From NCBI GenBank assembly GCA_053919585.1, contig CM132797.1: DNA of 64,000 bases. One strand, written 5' to 3'. Origin of the DNA: Euprymna scolopes (taxonomy: Eukaryota). A program made the translations under genes and the position numbers. Shown here one piece after another: positions 47,001 through 62,000 of the stretch. The notes below the pieces were generated by a model, which worked only from the letters and a program-made list of their open reading frames with translations, was not told where the DNA came from and did not search any database. Numbering within the stretch: position 1 is the stretch's first letter; each line of letters starts with the position of its first letter.

Positions 47001-50000
47001 TCTCAACTCTTAAAGAGATTACCATGGTACTGCTTCACTGCAGTCTATGACATAGCCGAGTTGAAGTTTTTTTCATAGACTCTAAGTGGGTGATTAAATT
47101 TTGTCGTTGAATTAATCAGTTTCAATCCTTTAATAACATTCGTGATCATTCAAGTGACAATCTTTCCTCCTAATAAATAAACCTTGATCTTTTAAAACAT
47201 TACTTTAAAAAGACTACAAATCTATTGTCTTCTATGACCGTCCACAGTTTATCCTTTAATTTAGTTGTTGATTAACTATATGTGTCCTTGTGTTTCCTGT
47301 GTCTGCGTGTAATATTAAGTGCAAATTTCGATGCAAGATGAAACAAAAAGCAAAACTCAAAGAAAAACCTTTTGAAAAGTGTTTAGAAAAAGTGGCAAAT
47401 TTACAAAACGAATTTGGATCAAATATGTAGGGATTCGAAGGGATTGTGATGAGAGGTAAATTATTTAATGGTATTTCACTGTCATACCAATCCATTGGAA
47501 CTGAAGAATTATTTGTGAATCAAACATTGAATATCTCTTAAATGGATGCAATACAAGGAGAGAAAAGGATACAGGATAATATGCACCTGGGAGAGAAACG
47601 TGCACTGAAAATACAATACGGTGGTTAAATTTATTAGGCATTGCTGGAAGGTCACTTCCACGCCGCCATAACAATTTTCCATGTTCTTCCTGGGCACGTG
47701 ATCTCAATAAGGCGTGAATCCAGTCTCAGCTTTTCTGTCTTCTTGCTTTCTTTTTGTGGCGAGAGAAACAGGCATAGTTGAGCATTAAAGAAAGATGAGT
47801 AATGAATATGAAATGAAGGAAATTGACATGCCACAGATATCAAGATAAAAACAGTAAGCTAGAGAAGATACAGACAAATTAACACTGATGAGAAAACATT
47901 GTCAGACTCACCTACTATACTAGAATTCGCGTCTTCTGGCTTGGGAAAAATCAACATTGATGCAGCTTCTATTGTCTGTTGATGAATACTGGCATAATAG
48001 TTAGAGTACAAATATCTGTATTCAGAAATCTGCAATACGAAAATAAAAAAATAAATATTTCATTTTAATTCGATTCTTGAAACAATTGATTGTTATTTCA
48101 TGTTGAAAATTTGGCGTCTCATTATAAAGTATAAAAAGTACCAAAATCGCGTTAAATTGTGAACAAAAACCAATAAGGATTGTAAGCTCCTAAGTAACAT
48201 TTTAGAAATACTTTGGAGAGATACAATTTGATTACTCATTCTTACTATTGATAAATTTGTTCTAACAGTAGATTTGAGGATGACTATGTTGTAGAACCGA
48301 AGTAAGCAGTACTAAATAATGTATTTCCCAAATGGGAACTTCTTTGCCTTTACTGAGGTGATTGACGACTTTATATTTATCCTAGATTAGAACAATTATT
48401 TACGATGCATTGGTGATTAATTGGTCTATACTGAAATGAAGATGACCAGTCTTCATTTTCACGTTGAATATTCAGAGAGTGGTAAGGGAGAGAGAAAAAA
48501 GAAAGAAAAAGACAGAGAAATGGAAAAATTCCATTCCATTCATCCGTCTGATCATTCATAATTTTGAAAAACACAACTTAAATATTTCCCATGACGTCTC
48601 AACTCTTAAAGAGATTACCATGGTACTGCTTCACGGCAGTCTATGACATAGCCGAGTTGAAGTTTTTTTCATAGACTCTAAGTGGGTGATTAAATTTTGT
48701 CGTTGAATTAATCAGTTTCAATCCTTTAATAACATTCTTGATCATTCAAGTGACAATCTTTCCTCCTAATAAATAAACCTTGATCTTTTAAAACATTACT
48801 TTAAAAAGACTACAAATCTATTGTCTTCTATGACCGTCCACAGTTTATCCTTTAATTTAGTTGTTGATTAACTATATGTGTCCTTGTGTTTCCTGTGTCT
48901 GCGTGTAATATTAAGTGCAAATTTCGATGCAAGATGAAACAAAAAGCAAAACTCAAAGAAAAACCTTTTGAAAAGTGTTTAGAAAAAGTGGCAAATTTAC
49001 CAAACGAATTTGGATCAAATATGTAGGGATTCGAAGGGATTGTGATGAGAGGTAAATTATTTAATGGTATTTCACTGTCATACCAATCCATTGGAGCTGA
49101 AGAATTATTTGTGAATCAAACATTGAATATCTCTTAAATGGATGCAATACAAGGAGAGAAAAGGATACAGGATAATATGCACCTGGGAGAGAAACGTGCA
49201 CTGAAAATACAATACGGTGGTTAAATTTATTAGGCATTGCTGGAAGGTCACTTCCACGCCGCCATAACAATTTTCCATGTTCTTCCTGGGCACGTGATCT
49301 CAATAAGGCGTGAATCCAGTCTAAGCTTTTCTGTCTTCTTGCTTTCTTTTTGTGGCGAGAGAAACATGCATAGTTGAGCATTAAAGAAAGATGAGTAATG
49401 AATATGAAATGAACGAAATTGACATGCCACAGATATCAAGATAAAAACAGTAAGCTAGAGAAGATACAGACAAATTAACACTGATGAGAAAACATTGTCA
49501 GACTCACCTTCTATACTACAATTCCCGTCTTCTGGCTGGGGAAAAATCAACATTGATGCAGCTTCTATTGTCTGTTGATGAATACTGGCATAATAGTTAG
49601 AGTACAAATATCTGTATTCAGAAATCTGCAATACGAAAATAAAAAAACATTTCATTTTAATTTGATTCTTGAAACAATTGATTGTTATTTCATGTTGAAA
49701 ATTTGGCGTCTCATTATAAAGTATAAAAAGTACCAAAATCGCGTTAAATTGTGAAAAAAAAAAACAATAAGGATTGTAAGCTCCTAAGTAACATTTTAGA
49801 AATACTTAGGAGATATACAATTTGATTACTCATTCTTACTATTGATAAATTTGTTCTAACAGTAGATTTGAGGATGACTATGTTGTAGAACCGAAGTAAG
49901 CAGTACTAAAGTAATGTATTTCCCAAATGGGAACTTCTTTGCCTTTACTGAGGTGATTGACGACTTTATATTTATCCTAGATTAGAACAATTATTTACGA

Positions 50001-53000
50001 TGCATTGGTGATTAATTGGTCTATACTGAAATGAAGATGACCGATCTTCATTTTCACGTTGAATATTCAGAGAGTGGTAAGGGAGAGAGAAAAAGAAAGA
50101 AAAAGACAAAGAAATGGAAAAATTCCATTCCATTCATCCGTCTGATCATTCATAATTTCGAAAAACAAAACTTAAATATTTCCCATCACGTCTCAACTCT
50201 TAAAGAGATTACCATGGTACTGCTTCACTGCAGTCTATGACATAGCCGAGTTGAAGTTTTTTTCATAGACTCTAAGTGGGTGATTAAATTTTGTCGTTGA
50301 ATTAATCAGTTTCAATCCTTTAATAACATTCGTGATCATTCAAGTGACAATCTTTCCTCCTAATAAATAAACCTTGATCTTTTAAAACATTAGTTTAAAA
50401 AGACTACAAATCTATTGTCTTCTATGACCGTCCACAGTTCATCCTTTAATTTAGTTGTTGATTAACTATATGTGTCCTTGTGTTTCCTGTGTCTGCGTGT
50501 AATATTAAGTGCAAATTTCGATGCAAGATGAAACAAAAAGAAAAACTCAAAGAAAAACCTTTTGAAAAGTGTTTAGAAAAAGTGGCAAATTTACCAAACG
50601 GATTCGGATCAAATATGTAGGGATTCGAAGGGATTGTGATGAGAGGTAAATTATTTAATAGTATTTCACTGTCATACCAATCCATTGGAGCTGAAGAATT
50701 ATTTGTGAATCAAACATTGAATATCTCTTAAATGGATGCAATACAAGGAGAGAAAAGGATACAGGATAATATGCACCTGGGAGAGAAACGTGCACTGAAA
50801 ATACAATACGGTGGTTAAATTTATTAGGCATTGCTGGAAGGTCACTTCCACGCCGCCATAACAATTTTCCATGTTCTTCCTGGGCACGTGATCTCAATAA
50901 GGCGTGAATCCAGTCTCAGCTTTTCTGTCTTCTTGCTTTCTTTTTGTGGCGAGAGAAACATGCATAGTTGAGCATTAAAGAAAGATGAGTAATGAATATG
51001 AAATGAACGAAATTGACATGCCACAGATATCAAGATAAAAACAGTAAGCTAGAGAAGATAAAGACAAATTAACACTGATGAGAAAACATTGTCAGACTCA
51101 CCTTCTATACTACAATTCCCGTCTTCTTGCTGGGGAAAAATCAACATTGATGCAGCTTCTATTATCTGTTGATGAATACTGGCATAATAGTTAGAGTACA
51201 AATATCTGTATTCAGAAATCTGCAATACGAAAATAAAAAAATAAATATTTCATTTTAATTCGATTCTTGAAACAATTGATTGTTATTTTATGTTGAAAAT
51301 TTGGCGTCTCATCATAAAGTATAAAAAGTACCAAAATCGCGTTAAATTGTGAAAAAAAAACAAAACAATAAGGATTGTAAGCTCCTAAGTAACATTTTAG
51401 AAATACTTTGGAGAGATACAATTTGATTACTCATTCTTACTATTGATAAATTTGTTCTAACAGTAGATTTGAGGATGACTATGTTGTAGAACCGAAGTAA
51501 GCAGTACTAAAGTAATGTATTTCCCAAATGGGAACTTCTTTGCCTTTACTGAGGTGATTGACGACTTTATATTTATCCTAGATTAGAACAATTATTTACG
51601 ATGCATTGGTGATTAATTGGTCTATACTGAAATGAAGATGACCGATCTTCATTTTCACGTTGAATATTCAGAGAGTGGTAAGGGAGAGAGAAAAAAGAAA
51701 GAAAAAGACAGAGAAATGGAAAAATTCCATTCCATTCATCCGTCTGATCATTCATAATTTTGAAAAACACAACTTAAATATTTCCCATGACATCTCAACT
51801 CTTAAAGAGATTACCATGGTACTGCTTCACGGCAGTCTATGACATAGCCGAGTTGAAGTTTTTTTCATAGACTCTAAGTGGGTGATTAAATTTTGTCGTT
51901 GAATTAATCAGTTTCAATCCTTTAATAACATTCTTGATCATTCAAGTGACAATCTTTCCTCCTAATAAATAAACCTTGATCTTTTAAAACATTACTTTAA
52001 AAAGACTACAAATCTATTGTCTTCTATGACCGTCCACAGTTTATCCTTTAATTTAGTTGTTGATTAACTATATGTGTCCTTGTGTTTCCTGTGTCTGCGT
52101 GTAATATTAAGTGCAAATTTCGATGCAAGATGAAACAAAAAGCAAAACTCAAAGAAAAACCTTTTGAAAAGTGTTTAGAAAAAGTGGCAAATTTACCAAA
52201 CGAATTTGGATCAAATATGTAGGGATTCGAAGGGATTGTGATGAGAGGTAAATTATTTAATGGTATTTCACTGTCATACCAATCCATTGGAGCTGAAGAA
52301 TTATTTGTGAATCAAACATTGAATATCTCTTAAATGGATGCAATACAAGGAGAGAAAAGGATACAGGATAATATGCACCTGGGAGAGAAACGTGCACTGA
52401 AAATACAATACGGTGGTTAAATTTATTAGGCATTGCTGGAAGGTCACTTCCACGCCGCCATAACAATTTTCCATGTTCTTCCTGGGCACGTGATCTCAAT
52501 AAGGCGTGAATCCAGTCTAAGCTTTTCTGTCTTCTTGCTTTCTTTTTGTGGCGAGAGAAACATGCATAGTTGAGCATTAAAGAAAGATGAGTAATGAATA
52601 TGAAATGAACGAAATTGACATGCCACAGATATCAAGATAAAAACAGTAAGCTAGAGAAGATACAGACAAATTAACACTGATGAGAAAACATTGTCAGACT
52701 CACCTTCTATACTACAATTCCCGTCTTCTGGCTGGGGAAAAATCAACATTGATGCAGCTTCTATTGTCTGTTGATGAATACTGGCATAATAGTTAGAGTA
52801 CAAATATCTGTATTCAGAAATCTGCAATACGAAAATAAAAAAACATTTCATTTTAATTTGATTCTTGAAACAATTGATTGTTATTTCATGTTGAAAATTT
52901 GGCGTCTCATTATAAAGTATAAAAAGTACCAAAATCGCGTTAAATTGTGAAAAAAAAAAACAATAAGGATTGTAAGCTCCTAAGTAACATTTTAGAAATA

Positions 53001-56000
53001 CTTAGGAGATATACAATTTGATTACTCATTCTTACTATTGATAAATTTGTTCTAACAGTAGATTTGAGGATGACTATGTTGTAGAACCGAAGTAAGCAGT
53101 ACTAAAGTAATGTATTTCCCAAATGGGAACTTCTTTGCCTTTACTGAGGTGATTGACGACTTTATATTTATCCTAGATTAGAACAATTATTTACGATGCA
53201 TTGGTGATTAATTGGTCTATACTGAAATGAAGATGACCGATCTTCATTTTCACGTTGAATATTCAGAGAGTGGTAAGGGAGAGAGAAAAAGAAAGAAAAA
53301 GACAAAGAAATGGAAAAATTCCATTCCATTCATCCGTCTGATCATTCATAATTTCGAAAAACAAAACTTAAATATTTCCCATCACGTCTCAACTCTTAAA
53401 GAGATTACCATGGTACTGCTTCACTGCAGTCTATGACATAGCCGAGTTGAAGTTTTTTTCATAGACTCTAAGTGGGTAATTAAATTTTGTCGTTGAATTA
53501 ATCAGTTTCAATCCTTTAATAACATTCGTGATCATTCAAGTGACAATCTTTCCTCCTAATAAATAAACCTTGATCTTTTAAAACATTAGTTTAAAAAGAC
53601 TACAAATCTATTGTCTTCTATGACCGTCCACAGTTCATCCTTTAATTTAGTTGTTGATTAACTATATGTGTCCTTGTGTTTCCTGTGTCTGCGTGTAATA
53701 TTAAGTGCAAATTTCGATGCAAGATGAAACAAAAAGAAAAACTCAAAGAAAAACCTTTTGAAAAGTGTTTAGAAAAAGTGGCAAATTTACCAAACGGATT
53801 TGGATCAAATATGTAGGAATTCGAAGGGATTGTGATGAGAGGTAAATTATTTAATAGTATTTCACTGTCATACCAATCCATTGGAGCTGAAGAATTATTT
53901 GTGAATCAAACATTGAATATCTCTTAAATGGATGCAATACAAGGAGAGAAAAGGATACAGGATAATATGCACCTGGGAGAGAAACGTGCACTGAAAATAC
54001 AATACGGTGGTTAAATTTATTAGGCATTGCTGGAAGGTCACTTCCACGCCGCCATAACAATTTTCCATGTTCTTCCTGGGCACGTGATCTCAATAAGGCG
54101 TGAATCCAGTCTCAGCTTTTCTGTCTTCTTGCTTTCTATTGGGGCGAGAGAAACAGGCATAGTTGAGCATTAAAGAAAGATGAGTAATGAATATGAAATG
54201 AACGAAATTGACATGCCACAGATATCAAGATAAAAACAGTAAGCTAGAGAAGATACAGACAAATTAACACTGATGAGAAAACATTGTCAGACTCGCCTTC
54301 TATACTACAATTCCCGTCTTCTGGCTGGGGAAAAATCAACATTGATGCAGCTTCTATTATCTGTTGATGAATACTGGCATAATAGTTAGAGTACAAATAT
54401 CTGTATTCAGAAACCTGCAATACGAAAATAAATAAATAAATATTTCATTTTAATTTGATTCTTGAAACAATTGATTGTTATTTCATGTTGAAAATTTGGT
54501 GTCTCATTATAAAGTATAAAAAGTACCAAAATCGCGTTAAATTGTGAAAAAAAAACAATAAGGATTGAAAGCTCCTAAGTAATATTTGTAGAAATACTTC
54601 GGAGAGATACAATTTGATTACTCATTCTTACTATTGATAAATTTGTTCTTACAGTAGATTTGAGGATGACTATGTTGTAGAACCGAAGTAAGCAGTACTA
54701 AAGTAATGTATTTCACAAATGGGAACTTCTTTGCCTTTACTGAGGTGATTGACGACTTTATATTTATCCTAGATTAGAACAATTATTTACGATGCATTGG
54801 TGATTAATTGGTCTATACTGAAATGAAGATGACCGGTCTACATTTTCACGTTGAATATTCAGAGAGTGGTAAAGGAGAGAGAAAAAGAAAGAAAAAGACA
54901 GAGAAATGGAAAAATTCCATTCTATTAATTCGTCTGATCATTCATAATTTTGAAAAACACAACTTAAATATTTCCAAGAACGTCTCAACTCTTAAAGAGA
55001 TTACCATTGTACTGCTTCACTGCAGTCTATGACATAGCCGAGTTGAAGTTTTTTTCATAGACTCTAAGTGGGTGATTAAATTTTGTCGTTGAATTAATCA
55101 GTTTCAATCCTTTAATAACATTCGTGATCATTCAAGTGACAATCTTTCCTCCTAATAAATAAACCTTGATCTTTTAAAACATTAGTTTAAAAAGACTACA
55201 AATCTATTGTCTTCTATGACCGTCCACAGTTCATCCTTTAATTTAGTTGTTGATTAACTATATGTGTCCTTGTGTTTCCTGTGTCTGTGTGTAATATTAA
55301 GTGCAAATTACGATGCAAGATTAAACAAAAAGAAAAACTACAAGGAAAAACCTTTTGAAAAGTGTTTAGAAAAAGTGGCAAATTTACCAAACGAATTTGG
55401 ATCAAATATGTAGGGATTCGAAGGGATTGTGATGAGAGGTAAATTATTTAATGGTATTTCACTGTCATACCAATCCATTGGAGCTGAAGGATTATTTGTG
55501 AATCAAACATTGAATATCTCTTAAATGGATGCAATACAAGGAGAGAAAAGGATACAGGATAATATGCACCTGGGAGAGAAACGTGCACTGAAAATACAAT
55601 ACGGTGGTAAAATTTATTAGGCATTGCTGGAAGGTCACTTCCACGCCGCCATAACAATTTTCCATGTTCTTCCTGGGCACGTGATCTCAATAAGGCGTGA
55701 ATCCAGTCTCAGCTTTTCTGTCTTCTTGCTTTCTTTTTGTGGCGAGAGAGACACGCATAGTTGAGCATTAAAGAAAAATGAATAATGAATATGAAATGAA
55801 CGAAATTGACATGCCACAGATATCAAGATAAAAACAGTAAGCTAGAGAAGATACAGACAAATTAACACTGATGAGAAAACATTGTCAGACTCACCTTCTA
55901 TTCTACAATTCCCGTCTTCTGGCTGGGGAAAAATCAACATTGATGCAGCTTCTATTGTCTGTTGATGAATACTGGCATAATAGTTAGAGTACAAATATCT

Positions 56001-59000
56001 GTATTCAGAAATCTGCAATACGAAAATAAAAAAATAAATATTTCATTTTAATTTGATTCTTGAAACAATTGATTGTTATTTCATGTTGAAAATTTGGTGT
56101 CTCATTATAAAGTATAAAAAGTACCAAAATCGCGTTAAATTGTGAAAAAAAAACAATAAGGATTGAAAGCTCCTAAGTAATATTTTTAGAAATACTTCGG
56201 AGAGATACAATTTGATTACTCATTCTTACTATTGATAAATTTGTTCTAACAGTAGATTTGAGGATGACTATGTTGTAGAACCGAAGTAAGCAGTACTAAA
56301 GTAATGTATTTCACAAATGGGAACTTCTTTGCCTTTACTGAGGTGATTGACGACTTTATATTTATCCTAGATTAGAACAATTATTTACGATGCATTGGTG
56401 ATTAATTGGTCTATACTGAAATGAAGATGACCGGTCTACATTTTCACGTTGAATATTCAGAGAGTGGTAAAGGAGAGAGAAAAAGAAAGAAAAAGACAGA
56501 GAAATGGAAAAATTCCATTCCATTCATCCGTCTGATCATTCATAATTTTGAAAAACACAACTTAAATATTTCCCATGACGTCTCAACTCTTAAAGAGATT
56601 ACCATGGTACTGCTTCACTGCAGTCTATGACATAGCCGAGTTGAAGTTTTTTTCATAGACTCTAAGTGGGTGATTAAATTTTGTCGTTGAATTAATCAGT
56701 TTCAATCCTTTAATAACATTCGTGATCATTCAAGTGACAATCTTTCCTCCTAATAAATAAACCTTGATCTTTTAAAACATTAGTTTAAAAAGACTACAAA
56801 TCTATTGTCTTCTATGACCGTCCACAGTTCATCCTTTAATTTAGTTGTTGATTAACTATATGTGTCCTTGTGTTTCCTGTGTCTGTGTGTAATATTAAGT
56901 GCAAATTACGATGCAAGATGAAACAAAAAGCAAAACTCAAAGAAAAACCTTTTGAAAAGTGTTTAGAAAAAGTGGCAAATTTACCAAACGAATTTGGATC
57001 AAATATGTAGGGATTCGAAGGGATTGTGATGAGAGGTAAATTATTTAATGGTATTTCACTGTCATAACAATCCATTGGAGCTGAAGAATTATTTGTGAAT
57101 CAAACATTGAATATCTCTTAAATGGATGCAATACAAGGAGAGAAAAGGATACAGGATAATATGCACCTGGGAGAGAAACGTGCACTGAAAATACAATACG
57201 GTGGTTAAATTTATTAGGCATTGCTGGAAGGTCACTTCCACGCCGCCATAACAATTTTCCATGTTCTTCCTGGGCACGTGATCTCAATAAGGCGTGAATC
57301 CAGTCTAAGCTTTTCTGTCTTCTTGCTTTCTTTTTGTGGCGAGAGAAACATGCATAGTTGAGCATTAAAGAAAGATGAGTAATGAATATGAAATGAACGA
57401 AATTGACATGCCACAGATATCAAGATAAAAACAGTAAGCTAGAGAAGATACAGACAAATTAACACTGATGAGAAAACATTGTCAGACTCACCTTCTATAC
57501 TACAATTCCCGTCTTCTGGCTGGGGAAAAATCAACATTGATGCAGCTTCTATTGTCTGTTGATGAATACTGGCATAATAGTTAGAGTACAAATATCTGTA
57601 TTCAGAAATCTGCAATACGAAAATAAAAAAACATTTCATTTTAATTTGATTCTTGAAACAATTGATTGTTATTTCATGTTGAAAATTTGGCGTCTCATTA
57701 TAAAGTATAAAAAGTACCAAAATCGCGTTAAATTGTGAAAAAAAAAAACAATAAGGATTGTAAGCTCCTAAGTAACATTTTAGAAATACTTAGGAGATAT
57801 ACAATTTGATTACTCATTCTTACTATTGATAAATTTGTTCTAACAGTAGATTTGAGGATGACTATGTTGTAGAACCGAAGTAAGCAGTACTAAAGTAATG
57901 TATTTCCCAAATGGGAACTTCTTTGCCTTTACTGAGGTGATTGACGACTTTATATTTATCCTAGATTAGAATAATTATTTACGATGCATTGGTGATTAAT
58001 TGGTCTATACTGAAATGAAGATGACCGATCTTCATTTTCACGTTGAATATTCAGAGAGTGGTAAGGGAGAGAGAAAAAGAAAGAAAAAGACAAAGAAATG
58101 GAAAAATTCCATTCCATTCATCCGTCTGATCATTCATAATTTTGAAAAACAAAACTTAAATATTTCCCATCACGTCTCAACTCTTAAAGAGATTACCATG
58201 GTACTGCTTCACTGCAGTCTATGACATAGCCGAGTTGAAGTTTTTTTCATAGACTCTAAGTGGGTGATTAAATTTTGTCGTTGAATTAATCAGTTTCAAT
58301 CCTTTAATAACATTCGTGATCATTCAAGTGACAATCTTTCCTCCTAATAAATAAACCTTGATCTTTTAAAACATTAGTTTAAAAAGACTACAAATCTATT
58401 GTCTTCTATGACCGTCCACAGTTCATCCTTTAATTTAGTTGTTGATTAACTATATGTGTCCTTGTGTTTCCTGTGTCTGCGTGTAATATTAAGTGCAAAT
58501 TTCGATGCAAGATGAAACAAAAAGAAAAACTCAAAGAAAAACCTTTTGAAAAGTGTTTAGAAAAAGTGGCAAATTTACCAAACGGATTTGGATCAAATAT
58601 GTAGGGATTCGAAGGGATTGTGATGAGAGGTAAATTATTTAATAGTATTTCACTGTCATACCAATCCATTGGAGCTGAAGAATTATTTGTGAATCAAACA
58701 TTGAATATCTCTTAAATGGATGCAATACAAGGAGAGAAAAGGATACAGGATAATATGCACCTGGGAGAGAAACGTGCACTGAAAATACAATACGGTGGTT
58801 AAATTTATTAGGCATTGCTGGAAGGTCACTTCCACGCCGCCATAACAATTTTCCATGTTCTTCCTGGGCACGTGATCTCAATAAGGCGTGAATCCAGTCT
58901 CAGCTTTTCTGTCTTCTTGCTTTCTTTTTGTGGCGAGAGAAACAGGCATAGTTGAGCATTAAAGAAAGATGAGTAATGAATATGAAATGAACGAAATTGA

Positions 59001-62000
59001 CATGCCACAGATATCAAGATAAAAACAGTAAGCTAGAGAAGATACAGACAAATTAACACTGATGAGAAAACATTGTCAGACTCACCTTCTATACTACAAT
59101 TCCCGTCTTCTGGCTGGGGAAAAATCAACATTGATGCAGCTTCTATTATCTGTTGATGAATACTGGCATAATAGTTAGAGTACAAATATCTGTATTCAGA
59201 AATCTGCAATACGAAAATAAAAAAATAAATATTTCATTTTAATTTGATTCTTGAAACAATTGATTGTTATTTCATGTTGAAAATTTGGTGTCTCATTATA
59301 AAGTATAAAAAGTACCAAAATCGCGTTAAATTGTGAAAAAAAAACAATAAGGATTGAAAGCTCCTAAGTAATATTTGTAGAAATACTTCGGAGAGATACA
59401 ATTTGATTACTCATTCTTACTATTGATAAATTTGTTCTTACAGTAGATTTGAGGATGACTATGTTGTAGAACCGAAGTAAGCAGTACTAAAGTAATGTAT
59501 TTCACAAATGGGAACTTCTTTGCCTTTACTGAGGTGATTGACGACTTTATATTTATCCTAGATTAGAACAATTATTTACGATGCATTGGTGATTAATTGG
59601 TCTATACTGAAATGAAGATGACCGGTCTACATTTTCACGTTGAATATTCAGAGAGTGGTAAAGGAGAGAGAAAAAGAAAGAAAAAGACAGAGAAATGGAA
59701 AAATTCCATTCTATTAATTCGTCTGATCATTCATAATTTTGAAAAACACAACTTAAATATTTCAAAGAACGTCTCAACTCTTAAAGAGATTACCATGGTA
59801 CTGCTTCACTGCAGTCTATGACATAGCCGAGTTGAAGTTTTTTTCATAGACTCTAAGTGGGTTATTAAATTTTGTCGTTGAATTAATCAGTTTCAATCCT
59901 TTAATAACATTCGTGATCATTCAAGTGACAATCTTTCCTCCTAATAAATAAACCTTGATCTTTTAAAACATTAGTTTAAAAAGACTACAAATCCATTGTC
60001 TTCTATGACCGTCCACAGTTTATCCTTTAATTTAGTTGTTGATTAACTATATGTGTCCTTTTGTTTCCTGTGTCTGCGTGTAATATTAAGTGCAAATTTC
60101 GATGCAAGATGAAACAAAAAGCAAAACTCAAAGAAAAACCTTTTGAAAAGTGTTTAGAAAAAGTGGCAAATTTACCAAACGAATTTGGATCAAATATGTA
60201 GGGATTCGAAGGGATTGTGATGAGAGGTAAATTATTTAATGGTATTTCACTGTCATACCAATCCATTGGAGCTGAAGGATTATTTGTGAATCAAACATTG
60301 AATATCTCTTAAATGGATGCAATACAAGGAGAGAAAAGGATACAGGATAATATGCACCTGGGAGAGAAACGTGCACTGAAAATACAATACGGTGGTTAAA
60401 TTTATTAGGCATTGCTGGAAGGTCACTTCCACGCCGCCATAACAATTTTCCATGTTCTTCCTGGGCACGTGATCTCAATAAGGCGTGAATCCAGTCTCAG
60501 CTTTTCTGTCTTCTTGCTTTCTTTTTGTGGCGAGAGAAACATGCATAGTTGAGCATTAAAGAAAGATGAGTAATGAATATGAAATGAACGAAATTGACAT
60601 GCCACAGATATCAAGATAAACACAGTAAGCTAGAGAAGATACAGACAAATTAACACTGATGAGAAAACATTGTCAGACTCGCCTTCTATACTACAATTCG
60701 CGTCTTCTGGCTGGGGAAAAATCAACATTGATGCAGCTTCTATTGTCTGTTGATGAATACTGGCATAATAGTTAGAGTACAAATATCTGTATTCAGAAAT
60801 CTGCAATACGAAAATAAAAAAATAAATATTTCATTTTAATTTGATTCTTGAAACAATTGATTGTTATTTCATGTTGAAAATTTGGCGTCTCATTATAAAG
60901 TATAAAAAGTACCAAAATCGCGGAAAATTGTGAAAAAAAAAAAACAATAAGGATTGTAAGCTCCTAAGTAACATTTTAGAAATACTTTGGAGAGATACAA
61001 TTTGATTACTCATTCTTACTATTGATAAATTTGTTCTAACAGTAGATTTGAGGATGACTATGTTGTAGAACCGAAGTAAGCAGTACTAAAGTAATGTATT
61101 TCACAAATGGGAACAGTCTTTGCCTTTACTGAGGTGATTGACGACTTTATATTTATCCTAGATTAGAACAATTATTTACGATACATTGGTGATTAATTGG
61201 TCTATACTGAAATGAAGATGACCGATCTTCATTTTCACGTTGAATATTCAGAGAGTGGTAAGGGAGAGAGAAAAAGAAAGAAAAAGACAGAGAAATGGAA
61301 AAATTCCATTCCATTCATCCGTCTGATCATTCATAATTTTGAAAAACACAACTTAAATATTTCCAAGAACGTCTCAACTCTTAAAGAGATTACCATGGTA
61401 CTGCTTCATTGAAGTCAATGACATAGCCGAGTTGAAGTTTTTTTCATAGACTCTAAGTGGGTGATTAAATTTTGTCGTTGAATTAATCAGTTTCAATCCT
61501 TTAATAACATTCGTGATCATTCAAGTGACAATCTTTCCTCCTAATAAATAAACCTTGATCTTTTAAAACATTAGTTTAAAAAGACTACAAATCTATTGTC
61601 TTCTATGACCGTCCACAGTTCATCCTTTAATTTAGTTGTTGATTAACTATATGTGTCCTAGTGTTTCCTGTGTCTGTGTGTAATATTAAGTGCAAATTAC
61701 GATGCAAGATGAAACAAAAAGCAAAACTACAAGGAAAAACCTTTTGAAAAGTGTTTAGAAAAAGTGGCAAATTTACCAAACGAATTTGGATCAAATATGT
61801 AGGGATTCGAAGGGATTGTGATGAGAGGTAAATTATTTAATGGTATTTCACTGTCATACCAATCCATTGGAGCTGAAGGATTATTTGTGAATCAAACATT
61901 GAATATCTCTTAAATGGATGCAATACAAGGAGAGAAAAGGATACAGGATAATATGCACCTGGGAGAGAAACGTGCACTGAAAATACAATACGGTGGTAAA

